Shown here in pieces: positions 14,271-25,985 of a DNA stretch of 64,000 nucleotides (position 1 is the stretch's first letter; each line of letters opens with the position of its first letter). The stretch is taken from the NCBI GenBank assembly GCA_030390025.1, contig JASTWF010000033.1, positions 5,520,001 through 5,584,000 of the forward strand, written 5' to 3'. Both the position numbers and the translations under genes were made by a program. This stretch comes from Squalus acanthias (lineage: Eukaryota). The notes below the pieces were generated by a model that had not been told where the DNA came from, made no database searches, and saw only the letters and a list, made by a program, of their open reading frames with translations.

Positions 14271-16147
14271 CTACTTTTTGCCCTTCGAGGGTGATCTCCT
14301 TCCCTTGCGCACTTCCCCCCTTCTAACCCTACTGCTCCTCCGTAATGGGACCTCAGTGGCTGCAGCAAGGCTGGTGGAAGGCTGCTGCTCGTCAGACCCT
14401 GACACTGCAGATGCCCCTGAAGGACGGCCTCGACCACTTCTGGGCCTGGAGGGCCCGGCTGCAGACTGCACCAACTCTGCATGGGCGGCAGCAGTCTGTC
14501 CTACAGGCGGTGGCAAGTGCAGTGGAGAAGTGACAGTGTTGGCAGCAGGAATGCTGTCATCGTGAGAGAGGCCAGCAACTCCCTGCTCGCCCGACACACT
14601 GGCACTCCCACGGGGCAGCACTTCAGCATCCGGAGCAATTTGCCAGAGAACAGATTGCTGGCCTGCTGCGGCGCGGTGACAGCCCCGGGGACATGTGCAC
14701 GAACCATCGAGGTTGGCAGCAGTCTGTGCTCGCGTGGCCTCCATCTGAGTCTGTATGAGAGCAGTCAGAGGTGGGATCACGGCAGCCAGTGACTGAATTG
14801 CAGCACTAAGCGTTAGTGTGGCATCCGCCTGTGCTACAGCGAAGTGCTCCACACTCCTTGCCAGTGACTCAATGCAATCGGGCACCCTTCCCACTGCACC
14901 CATGAGCTCAGTGTGCATGCCCACCGCCTGGGTGTTCATTTCTGTAATCAGCCGCTCCTCCTCTGCGTCCATTGCAGTAGGAGTGTCTGGCATACTCTCC
15001 CTCTGGGGAGAAGGCCCCCGTTCTTCCCTACCCCCCCCATGGCGTTGCTGCAGCCCGCTGGGTCCTGGAGCTTCACCATCATCAGCCCCTTCCCCCCTGC
15101 TCCCCTCCGGGGAAGGCGTGTTCCCAGTGTGGGCATGGGCTTCCTCGGGAGAGGGTGGCACTGATGCTCCGGCTTCCTCTTCCTCCTCAGCTGCAGCATC
15201 ACTCCCAGTGGCAGCTTCAGGGCCCGTCTCCTCAGCTGGTGAATCACCATCTGAAAGCAGGGAGGTACAAGAGTGGCTTTAGCGTGAGGACAGGGTGGCA
15301 GTAAGGGAGGAATAAGTGCAGCGAGTTAGCAAGTTGGATTGAAAGTGTCAAAGGCTGGTATTGTGAGGGACAAGTGGAAGGACAGAGGACAAAAAGGTGA
15401 TGACCTTACCATTGCTGTCCACAACGGGGTCGGCGTCTCCAGTGGCGACGGGACCGATCACCCGGCTTGCCACAATCCTGTGGACGCGCTCCTCCCGATC
15501 GCTGAGGGGTTGCAGCTGAAGCCGCCCTCCACCCGTCCGTTGCTGCTGTCTCCGATTATGAGCCAGCTTAGCCTGCAAGAAAAAGGACAGCATCTGAGTA
15601 AATATACAGCCATGGTCTTGCCTGATGTGCCTCCCATAGGTGAATAGCCCTTACAATATACAGCCATGGTCTTGCCTGATGTGCCTCCCATAGGTGAATA
15701 GCCCTTACAATATACAGCCATGGTCTTGCCTGATGTGCCTCCCATAGGTGAATAGCCCTTACTGTATGCAAAGTGTGGAATGTGTGTGTGTGTTTGATGA
15801 AAGGGCCATAGGTGTTGGATGAGTGTTGTGCATTGGGGTTTTAAGACCCTCTGGCCATAGAGTGAGGTTGAGATGGAGGGATGGAGAGGTATTGAGAAAA
15901 AGCCACTCACCCTGACGACCCGAGTGAGGTCGTTGAACTTTTTGCAGCATTGAACATGGGTCCTGGGCACCATGCTCCTGGAGGAGACGCTCTGAGCCAC
16001 CTCCCTCCACAGTCTTCTGAACTCGCGTGGCAAAGGCCTCCTGCCACTCTCCGGGAACAGCATGCATCGTCTGCGCTCTACTGCGTCAACCAGAGCATCC
16101 AAGGCCCGCTCGGTGAAGCGATGAGCGCGTTCTCTCACCCTCTCCAT
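14271..16147 (-). CDS. Harbinger Myb/SANT-like (NAIF1/MSANTD-like) DNA-binding protein, 3 exons, about 459 aa, apparently intact
   Basis: Exons 16147-15911 (RFTERALDALV..LWREVA..RTHVQCCKKFNDL), 15572-15410 (AKLAHNRR..TGGG) and 15250-14271. Canonical GTGAGT/GTAAGG donors and pyrimidine-CAG acceptors; phases 0 and 1 give one open frame. Confidence 0.85.
15601..15762. repeat. 54-bp unit x3 in intron 1 of the Myb/SANT gene
   Basis: AATATACAGCCATGGTCTTGCCTGATGTGCCTCCCATAGGTGAATAGCCCTTAC repeated three times. Confidence 0.95.
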
Positions 16148-17574
16148 GCTTGGCAGCAAAATGGATTACAGGTCTCTCCAGGCTGAGATTCAAGGCTGCA
16201 ATGAGCAGGGTGTGGCTGGGGAGCAAGTGGCCCCCCCCGCTTTAAGAAGTGTCCGGCGCCAGTGTGTCTGTGTTCCCTCGCTAACTGGCAGCAGCTGCGC
16301 TGCACTCGTGCGCTGAGTTAGCGCCTCACTCCTTGGCCTTTGCGCCTTAAGAGAGGTGTGCAGCGCCTACTTTAGCGCTCCACTCACCTCCCGGGGCGGT
16401 AAAAGTGAAGTTTCCTGTCAGTGCCGATAATTAGCGCCAGGCGCTAATATTTGCGTCCGGACGATATTTGCGCCCCAAATGGGGCGCGACCTAATTTCTA
16501 CCCCTTTGTGTTCTCCTCACAGCTTACTATCCCACCTAGCTTTGTATCGTCAGCAAACTTGGATACGTTGCACTCGGTCCCTTCATCAAAGTCATTGATA
16601 CAGATTGTAAATAGCTGAGGCCCAAGCACTGATCCTTGCAGCACCCCACTAGTTACAGCCTGCCAAACGGAAAATGATCCATTTATCCCCACTCCCTGAT
16701 TTCTGCCCATTAACCAATCCTCTATCCATGCTAATATATTACCCCCAACCCCATATCTTGCATAGCAACCTTTTATGTGGCACCTTATCGAATGCCTTTT
16801 GGAAATCCAAATATACTACATCCACTGGTTCCCCTTTATCTACCCTGCCAGTTACATCCTCAAAAAACTCTAATAAATTGTTAAACACGATTGACCTTAT
16901 AAAACCACGTGACTCTGCCTAATCATGTTATTATTTTCTCAGTGTCCTGTTACCACTTCCTTAACAGTGGATTCCAGCATTTTCCCGATGACTGATGTCA
17001 GGTTAACTGGCCTGTAGTTCCCTGTTTTCTCTCTCCCTCCTTTCTTGAATAGCGGGGTTACATTTGCTTCCTTCCAATCCGCTGGGGCTGTTCTAGAATC
17101 TGGGGAATTTTGGAAGATCACAACCAATGCATCCACTATCTCTGCAGCCACCTCTTTTAGAACCCTCAGATGTAGGCCGTCAGGTCAATGGGATTTGTCG
17201 GATTTTAGTCCCATTAGTTTCTCAAGTACTTTTTCTCTACTGATATTAATTACTTTCAGTTCCTCACTCTTATTAGCCCCTTGGTTCCCCACTATTTTGG
17301 GTCTGCTTTTTGTGTCTTCTACTATGAAGACAGATATACAATATTTGTTTAAAATCTCTGCCATTTTCTTGTTCCCCAATATAATTTCTCTTGTCTCAGC
17401 CTCTAAGGGACCAATGTTTACTTTTGCTTCTCTCTTCCTTTTTACTCACTTGTAGAAACACTTACAATCTGTTTTCATATTTCTTGCTAGTTTACTCTCA
17501 TTCTGTTTTCACATACTTGAAGAGGACTAATTTGCAATGATATGGGAAAAAGCTGGAGTGTGGGACTACACGGG

Positions 17575-19300
17575 ATAGGAGCAGGTGTAGGCCATACGGC
17601 CCCTTGATCCTGCTCCACCATTCAATAAGACCATGGCTGATCTTTGAACTGACTCCACTTTCCTACCCGCTCCGCATTTCCCTTGATTCCCTTAATATCC
17701 AAAAATCTATTGATCTCAGCCATGAATATACTCAACGACTGAGCATCCACGGCCTTCTGGGGTAGAGAATTTCAAAGATTCACAACCCTCTCATCTCAGT
17801 CCGAAATGACCTACCCTTATCCTGAGACTATGCCCCCTTGTTCTAGACTCTCCAGCCAGGGGAAGCAGCCTCTCAGCATCTACCCTGTCAAGCCCTCTCA
17901 GAATCTTATGGGGGAAAAATTCAGTTGGTTGCGCCTCCCGTTAGCGCCTTAAGAGGGCGCTAATGGGGCGCAAAGCAACTAGCGCCCGGGCGCGGTGATG
18001 TTTGCGCTGCTCGCGAAATTAACTAGTCATTTTGCGGCGGCGCTAAACACTACCGCCACCATCTCCTGCGCCGGCAGATCGTGACGTCAGTCGAGTGCGC
18101 AACGCCCCGGCAGCGCCCTGGAGCGTATATTGAGTGGCGCCCCCTGCCTTACCGCCTGCCGCTAGCAACGACAGTTTGAGTGGAGCGTTTTGCAGTCAGG
18201 CAGGGACTGGGGGAGCGCTATTTAAAGGCGACCGCTTCCTGCCTTTAATTGTTGGTGACATTTTTGAACCACGCATTCTGAGAGAGAGAGAGACAGACTT
18301 CTGGAGAGATTCAAAGCTGTGTGAAGGAGTTTTGGGTACTGAGCTGCACTTTGCAGTTTCATTTTGATTTGCCCTTCCTTTTATCGATTTAGAAGAGACT
18401 GTGGGGGTTGCACTCTGAGCTCTTTCCCTGGTACTCTCCATTGTTCTTTCCAGCAGATTTGATGTACAGGTCTCTCCAGGCCGAGATTCAAGGCTGCAAT
18501 GAGCAGGATGTGGATGGAAAGCAAGATCAACCCTCCCCTTTAAGAACTGGCCCGCGCCATTGTGTGTGTGTTCCATTACTGACTGACATCACATGAGCTT
18601 CGCCAGCGCTCTGAGGTAGCGCCTCGCTCCTCGGCCTTTGCACCTTAAGACAGGTGTGAAGGGCCTTATTTAGCGCTCCAATCACCTCCAGGGGCGATAA
18701 AGGTCAAGTTTGCAGTCGGAGGCGATAATTAGCGCCAGGCGCTAATCTTTGCACCCGGCCGATAATTGCGCCCCAAATGGGGCGATACTGAATTACTCCC
18801 CCTATGTGTCTCAATGAGATCACTTCTCATTCTTCTAAACTCCAGAGAGTATAGGCCCATTCTACACAATCTCTCATCAAAGAACAACCCTCTCATCCCA
18901 GGAATCAATCTAGTCAACCTTCGTTGCACCCTCTCTAAGGCAAGTATATCCTTCCTTTGGTACAGAGACCAAAACTGTACACAGAACTCCAGGTGTGGTC
19001 TCACCAAGGCCCTGTACAATTGTAGTAAGACTTCCTTACTCTTGTATTCCAACACCCTTGCAATAAAGGCCAACATGCCATTTGCCTTCCTAATTTCTTG
19101 CTGTACCTGCATGCTAACTCTCTGTGATTTGTGTTCGAGGAAACCCAAATCCCTCTGAACACCAACATTTCATAATTTCTCACCATTTAAAAAATATTCT
19201 CTTTTTCTATTCTTCCTACCAAAGTGAATAACCTCACATCTGCCACCTTCTTGCCCACTCACTTAACCTGTCGATATCCCTTTGCAGACTCTTTGTGTCC
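17575..19300 (-). mobile_element. CR1 3' fragment interrupted by the non-autonomous Harbinger element
   Basis: RT C-terminal ORF 18729-19148; the host rejoins as GAATCTTAT|GTGTCTCAATGAGATC. Confidence 0.85.
17910..18802 (+). mobile_element. Non-autonomous Harbinger element / MITE (893 bp)
   Basis: TIRs GGGGGAAAAATTCAGT / ACTGAATTACTCCCCC (14/16 match), TSD TAT (17907-17909 and 18803-18805); both subterminal regions are homologous to those of 12309-16504; coding region absent. Confidence 0.93.
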
Positions 19301-20184
19301 TGCTGCTGGGTGGCTGCTCATTATCCTCGGTGTGATTTAATCCCCTTTCCCACTGAATACTGCGGACAGACAGGATCACCTTGGGAACGGAATGGTCAGT
19401 GTGACATCACTTTCTAAACAAGAGCCCACAAGAAAATGGGTTCTCAATAAATGTTAAAGGGATTCAACGCTCTGAAGTTACACTGTGAATAAAGGAAATA
19501 AAATGCTGATCAGTAATGGGTGAAGATAATGATTTCTCTCTGTGGAATGTGCTTGCACACATTAAGAATGATGAGCTTTGTACACACACACACACAGCAA
19601 ACACTTTGTGAGGCTCTTTTCAGTTGTTGCTCTGAACCCGCTGCGAGCTTGTGCACCCGGTGGGCATTAAGACCCTGCGGCCGCCCATCCGGCGGTGCTG
19701 TGAGGTCACGGTTCCAGGCTCTGTCTCACCCAATCAGGGGGTCCCGCCAAAGCTCAATGGAAAATACTGCAGCAGAAACAATCCTGAACATTCACAAACT
19801 GGGAGCAATCGGCACAGCACAACACAAGTGTGAATCAGTAAACTTTAACACACAGAGTCTGTCACTAATTAGTACAAAGTGCAGGGCACTATTGCTCACC
19901 TTCAGTCCTGTCCCTCAATCCCAGCTCATCTCTGGGGGATTGTTGCAAGGTTCAACCCGTCCTTTCAACACAGATATTACCCACATAATCCCACATCAAT
20001 TCGACATTGCACACAGCTTCTGACAATTATTAACAAGACTAGATCTATGGTTCAAACCAAAAAATGATTGCATCCTCCCACCCACTCAAATATAATCTTT
20101 ATTTATATTAATGTCTGTATATTTATCTATCTATCTAACAGAGAAACGGTCTAGTGCAGTAATAACTCAGACATATTCAAGTGT

Positions 20185-20801
20185 AATGTAAACAGAGACA
20201 GGGTCTAGTGTAATATAAACAGAGACAGGGTCGAGTGTAATATAAACAGAGACAGGGTCTAGTGTAATATAAACAGACAGGGTCTAGTGTAATATAAACA
20301 GAGACAGGGTCTAGTGTAATATGAACTGAGACAGGGTCTAGTGTAATCTAAACAGAGACAGGGTCTAGTGTAAAAAAATAGAGACAGTGTCTAGTGTAAT
20401 ATAAACAGAGACAGGGTCTAGTGTAATATAAACAGAGACAGGGTCTAGTGTAAGATAAACAGAGACAGGGTCTAGTGTAATATAAACAGAGACAGGGTCT
20501 AGTGTAATATAAACAGAGACAGGGTCGAGTGTAATATAAACAGAGACAGGGTCTAGTGTAAGATAAACAGAGACAGGGTCTAGAGTAATATAAATAGAGA
20601 CAGGGTCTAGTGTAATATAAACAGAGACAGGGTCTAGTGTAATATAAACAGAGACAGGGTCCAGTGTAATATAAACAGAGACAGGGTCTAGTGCAATATA
20701 AACAGAGACAGGGTCTAGTGTAATATAAACAGAGACAGGGTCTAGTGTAATATAAACAGAGACAGGGTCTAGTGTAATATAAACAGAGACAGGGTCTAGT
20801 G
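20185..20801. repeat. 27-bp minisatellite B (AGAGACAGGGTCTAGTGTAATATAAAC), about 23 copies
   Basis: Direct tandem units; paralog of 36785-44283. Confidence 0.95.
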
Positions 20802-21861
20802 CTATGAAATCGGGTTCCTCACCAAATGTGTGTCAGGATACTGAAACCCAGCTTTCTCACAGTCCACTCCTGGAGGCCCCACTCCCTGAGCCTACAACCT
20901 TCAGCCGGGTCAGTGCTGGAGTTCCGCAGCGGGAGTGATCCCAGAGTAACTGTCGGGATCGCACCCCCGTGGATGTTCCGGGTCGTGTATTTTTAGTTAT
21001 CCTGGTGTCTAACATGCACACATCAATAAAACAGGGAATTCCTGGAAACACGCTGCAGGTCCTTCTTTATCTGGAGATCAAATGTCTGTTGTATAATTGT
21101 ACCAGCAGTTAACAGGCTCCTGTGAACTCCTCCCTCTGCTATTTTAATGCAGACTTTAACCAATTTATTTTAAACGGGTTTATTTTAAATGAGCTAACAC
21201 CTGCCTTAAAATGGTAGACTCAGGACTGTCTCACACACACATATTAAATCTTCGTGGAATAATTACCAGTCATTTTTCGACTGGAAACTTAACCGTGCCG
21301 TTTCACTTTCAGTCAGGAACAGATCGCAGTTTGACACCAATCTCTGATTTGACAGCACGTTTCCAGCATTCACCGTTGTTCTTCCTGACTCTAAACACAG
21401 TTGTAAAGGAGCCTTCTGTTCCGTGCCCAGGAGCTCTGACCCATGGGAGAGAGCGGCTGGGACACATTCCTTACAGGCCTCAGTATTAACCTGCACGGGG
21501 ATATTGCTGTCAGTGAAGAGAGACGAGAAAGACCAAAGTGCCATTTGCCCCTCTCAGTGTGGCCCTGAAGGACTGTGTCCAGGCTATAGTTCTGTTCGCG
21601 CCGTACGATCCTCCCCCCAGATTGTCCTTTCTGAGCTCCAGCCAGGTGATGCTAAACACTCAGGTGGGAACGACAAAAATCCACAACAATGTGATTAAAG
21701 AAAAAGCTGATTTATTTGACAGATATCCAGAATATTAAACTCCAGCCCAGTTACAGGGGTTATTAACATCAGCAGAAACAAACCCGAGCTGTCAGAATGA
21801 ACACGCTTCAGTTCAGGATGTAATTGACAGCAGCAGAAACAGCAGAATCTAACCTCTGCTG

Positions 21862-22143
21862 TCACTTGTGAACTTGCTGGTGTGTCAGCAGGTGGGATGA
21901 ATCAGTGAATCCCTTCCCACACTCAGAGCAAGTGAACGGTCTCTCCCCAGTGTGAACTCGTCGATGAGTTTCCAGCTCAGACGGGTAGTTGAATCGCTTC
22001 CCACAGTCCCCACATTTACACGGTTTCTCCCCGGTGTGACTGCGCTTGTGTCTCGACAGGCCAGAGGATCGGCTGAAGCCTCGTCCACACACAGAACACG
22101 TGTACGGTTTCTCCCCGCTCTGAACGGTGCTTTCTGCTTCCAT
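21862..22143 (-). CDS. ZNF-a copy 2: open 93-aa ORF with 3 C2H2 fingers
   Basis: Same N-terminus ([13 protein letters not shown]) and C-terminus (HQQVHK*) as the 11-finger gene. Its promoter block appears deleted, so expression is doubtful. Confidence 0.7.
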   Translation of the reverse strand: MEAESTVQSGEKPYTCSVCGRGFSRSSGLSRHKRSHTGEKPCKCGDCGKRFNYPSELETHRRVHTGERPFTCSECGKGFTDSSHLLTHQQVHK

Positions 22144-22606
22144 GCTCAAAGGTCCTGATGAATCGAGTGACTCTGTCAGGTCTTGAAGTGATGTTTGGTT
22201 TTAGTTTCCCGTCTGCAAATCCTCCCATTCGAACACCCTGTAAAATGAATTTAAAACAGGAAAAAGGGAGGGTGAGAGAGAACCCACAAAAACACAAAGG
22301 CAGGTTGTGAAATTGAGCTGAATGAATCTGGGAATTTGTGGGGCCGGCACTAGAAAAAAGTGACCATGAAAGCTGCCGGATTGTCGTAAAAACCCAACTG
22401 GTTCACTAATGTCCTTCAGGGAAGGGAACCCGCCACCCGGTGTGGGCCTACACAAGACTCTGGCCTCTATGGGAGGAGAGAGAGCGAGGTGGGAGGGGGT
22501 GGGGTGAAGGAGTGGCTTTATACATCTGTAACTCGACTAGAACTTTGACAGCACCTCCCAAACACGCGACCTCCACCACCTAGAAGGACAAGGGCAGCAG
22601 GTGCAT

Positions 22607-23040
22607 AGAAACATAGAAACATAGAATCTAGGAGCAGGAGTAGGCCATTCGGCCCGTCGCGCCTGCACCACCATTCAATACGATCATGGCTGATCATTCA
22701 AATCCAGTACCCTGTCCCTGCTTTAATCCCCACAGTACACATATCCCACCCGACCCCCGTAACCCCACGTATTTAATTCCCCCTAACATATCCCATTCTA
22801 TCCCCATAACCCCACATATTTAATCCCCCCCTAACACTAAGGGTCAATTTATCATAGCCAAATCAACCTAACCCGCACATTTTTGGACAGTGGGAGGAAA
22901 CCGGAGCACCCGGAGGAAACCCACGCAGACACGGGGAGAATGTGCAAACTCCACACAGACAGTCACCCGAGGTCAGATTCGAACCCGGGTCTCTGGCGCT
23001 GTGAGGCACCAGTGCTAACCACTATGCCACCGTGTTGCCC
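22607..23040 (-). mobile_element. Full-length tRNA-derived V-SINE (HE1-like) with CR1-derived tail
   Basis: A box TGGCATAGTGG, B box GGTTCGAATC, V-domain GTGGGTTTCCTCCGGGTGCTCCGGTTTCCTCCCAC, tail similar to CR1 9620-9724, TSD GCAT; empty paralogous site at about 47487. Confidence 0.9.
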
Positions 23041-23745
23041 GCATGGGAACACCATCACCTCCCAGTTCCCCTCCAAGTCACACAGTATCCTGACTTGGAC
23101 ATATATCGCCGTTCCTACATCGTCGCTGGGTGAAAATCCTGGAACTCCTTACCTAACAGCATTCTGAGAGTACCCTCACCTCACGGACTGCAGAGCTTCA
23201 AGAAGAAGGCCCAGCATCACCTTATCAACGGGCAACTGGGGACTGGCAATATATGCTGGCCTTGCTAGTGACACCCACATCGAATGAATTTAAAAAAATC
23301 TGTATATATAAAATGGATTGAAAGCCTCTACAGAAATACTTGTTCCTGAAACGATAATCTTTTGCACTGTATGGACCGTGTCTGTTTAGCAACTTAATCT
23401 CCCCTAGAATCCATCTCCCTTCACAGTCGCACGTTGGAAATTGTTGGGTCCCACTGGGCTCAGAAGTACTCGCGGTTAAACCCAGCAGCTTCTCCCCCCT
23501 CTCCACTCCAGCTCAAACTGATGCAACAAGAAAGCCCTACACAGGAGGCCAGGGACCGAGTTCCACATCCACCGCTCACCCTGATGCTAACCGGCTCTGA
23601 ATTGCTCCCTCTGCTGTATAAATGCAAGTTGTTGTGTTTCTTGTCTGGGGGAGGTGCTGCACCCTGGGGTTAATGGTGCCGGAGTCCTGGCCGCACGTCC
23701 GCTGGCTCTGACTCGGGGCCTGAGACCCGCACTCGGTGTTGCTGA

Positions 23746-24235
23746 GGGAATCCAACCCTGGGACTGTACATGGGGATTCCAACCCTGGGACTGTACATGG
23801 GGATTCTAACCCTGGGACTGTACATGGGGATTCCTACCCTGGGACTGTACATGGGGATTCTAACCCTGGGACTGTACATGGGGATTCCAACCCTGGGATT
23901 GTACATGGGGATTCTAACCCTGGGACTGTACATGGAGATTCCAACCCTGGAACTGTACATGGAGATTCTAACCCTGGGACTGTACATGGAGATTCTAACC
24001 CTGGGAATTTACATGCGGATTCCAACCCTGGGACTGTACATGGGAATTCCAACCCTGGGACTGTCCACGGGGATTCTAACCCTGGGACTGTACATGGGGA
24101 TTCCAACCCTGGGACTGTACATGGGGATTCCATCCCTGGGACTGTACATGGGGATTCCTACCTGGGACTGTACATGGGGATTCTGACCCTGGGACTGTAA
24201 ATGGGGATTCTAACCCTGGAACTTTACAAGGGGGG
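23746..24235. repeat. 27-bp minisatellite A, about 18 copies
   Basis: Tandem GGGATTCYAACCCTGGGACTGTACATG. Confidence 0.95.
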
Positions 24236-24494
24236 CCCAGCTCTGGGGCTCTTCTGTTACAATTGTGTGGGATGTTAACCGTCTGCTCTGCTTTTACCAG
24301 CGCCTTCAGGAGAGATGGTGAGAAATCCGAAGTGTGGAGAGCCTGAATCATTAACGAATATCATTTGATGTTGTCGAACCTTGTAAAGTCATAGTCCTTG
24401 TCCACAGTCTTCAGCCCTTCCACGGAAAAAGAAGCCATCCACTTCCTGAAATCCCGTAAAAAGACCGAACACTCAAATCTTCTTCTGCTTGCTG

Positions 24495-24980
24495 TGTAAG
24501 TGGTCCCTGGAATTGGTGTAACAGTGTAAGTGATCCCTGGATTTCGTGTCACACTGTAAGTTGGCCCTGGATTTGGTGTCTCAATGTAAGTGGTCCCTGG
24601 AATTGGTGTTCACAGTGCAAATACTCCCTGGATTTGGTGTCACACTGTAAGTGGTCCCTGGAATTGGTGTCACAGTGCAAATACTCCCTGGATTTGGTGT
24701 CTCACTGTAAGTGGTCCCTGGATTTGGTGTCACACTGTAAGTGGTCCTAAGATTTGGTGTCACATTGTAAGTGGTCCCTGGATCTGGTGTCACAGTGTAA
24801 CTGCTCCCTGAAATTGGTGTCTGGGTGTAAGTGGTCCTGGTTTTCGTGTCACACTGTAAGTGGTTCCTGGATTTGGTGTCTGTGTAATTGATCCCTGGAT
24901 TTCATGTCTCATTGTAAGTGGTGCTTGGATTTGGAGCCACAGTGTTACTGTTCCTGGATTTGTTGTCTCAATGTAAGTGA
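24495..24980. repeat. 30-bp minisatellite, about 16 diverged copies
   Basis: Tandem TGTAAGTGGTCCCTGGATTTGGTGTCACAC. Confidence 0.9.
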
Positions 24981-25454
24981 CCCCACACAGAGGGGGTTCC
25001 TACATGTGGCAGCCCATCTGGCGAGGCCCGCTGGTTCAGGATATAAAGAGACAGCATGCTGTTCCTCCTCCCACTGCCTGGGGGAATGGGGCAGATATTT
25101 AAAGGGACAGGGACTCCCCTTTCTCGGTCTATTTATATTTAAAGGGACAGACCCGTTTATCTTGGAGTGTCGGCGGTCTTCACTAACAGAGCTCCCATTA
25201 ACAGTCGCTCCCTTCTGTACTGTGCAGTGATTGTAAACATGTCTGTTTCAGTGACTTGAGCCTTTCTAAAATGTCTCACTATTTTTGATGATCTATTTGA
25301 CTTGCTTGTTTAATTTGGAAAGACTTCAGAATTTTGCAGTGTGATGAAGGTTTCCTTTAAAGGTGGAGTAACATTTCTTTCAGTATGTTCTCTTCTAACC
25401 CTTCCCACCTCCACATTGGCCCCGCCCCACCACCACCCCCACTTTCAAACACTC

Positions 25455-25800
25455 GGCACTACTGACTGGGAAAGTCCAAAGTGCAGTTTTGATCTGGGCT
25501 GTTATTTGATCTCAGCCACGGCAACAGTTCAGGGGCCAGAATTGGCCTCAGTACCACTGGGCTAAATAAGAGTAAATATCAGCCACTGCCCTGGCTCTTG
25601 ATGGAGATCCAGTCACATCAACTGGGAAGTGTATGGATGTCAATTGAGGGCAGGATTGGACTCGGCTGTGATGCCTACCACAGGGGAAATGCTGCTGACA
25701 CTCACCGAGTCGGCTGACGGTGAGGCACTAGAGGTTAACTAATGTATGTGGAATTGCACCCAGCCGGATTCAGCGCCTTCTGGAGAGAAGGGGAGAAACA
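25455..25800 (+). mobile_element. Old tRNA-SINE-like interspersed repeat
   Basis: Copies at 27540-27885, 61730-62070 (-) and a head at about 53280 with a B-box-like GTTCAATCC; family not identified. Confidence 0.3.
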
Positions 25801-25985
25801 AAATCCCAGCCAGTGCAATGAATGTTGATTTTAGACAGTAAGGATGGAGGCAGAGTTTGTAGAATGGGGAATTTACAGCTTAGGAGGGGCAGGAGAGGAC
25901 AGAACGTTCTATAGGAACTAGAATTGTCTGTTCTGACATTCTATCCTGCACTTAAAGTAACAACATTTGTAAAGACCATTTCAGA

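Larger units (their letters stand above)
12309..16504 (+). mobile_element. Full-length PIF/Harbinger DNA transposon (4196 bp)
   Basis: Terminal inverted repeats (TIRs) GGGGTAAAAATT / AATTTCTACCCC (11/12 match), 3-bp TSD TTT (12306-12308 and 16505-16507), convergent transposase and Myb/SANT genes. Confidence 0.95.
11760..17510 (-). mobile_element. CR1 LINE fragment interrupted by the Harbinger transposon
   Basis: 11760-12308 and 16505-17510 rejoin as ...GCAGACTCTTT|GTGTTCTCCTCAC...; RT motifs in the ORF track. Confidence 0.85.

Noticed and set aside
19520..20023. 167-aa ORF shared with 36188-36631
   Set aside because: No recognisable domain, GTG/TTG starts; similarity is explained by recent duplication
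22965..23040. tRNA gene
   Set aside because: It is the tRNA-derived head of a V-SINE, followed by the V-domain and a LINE tail
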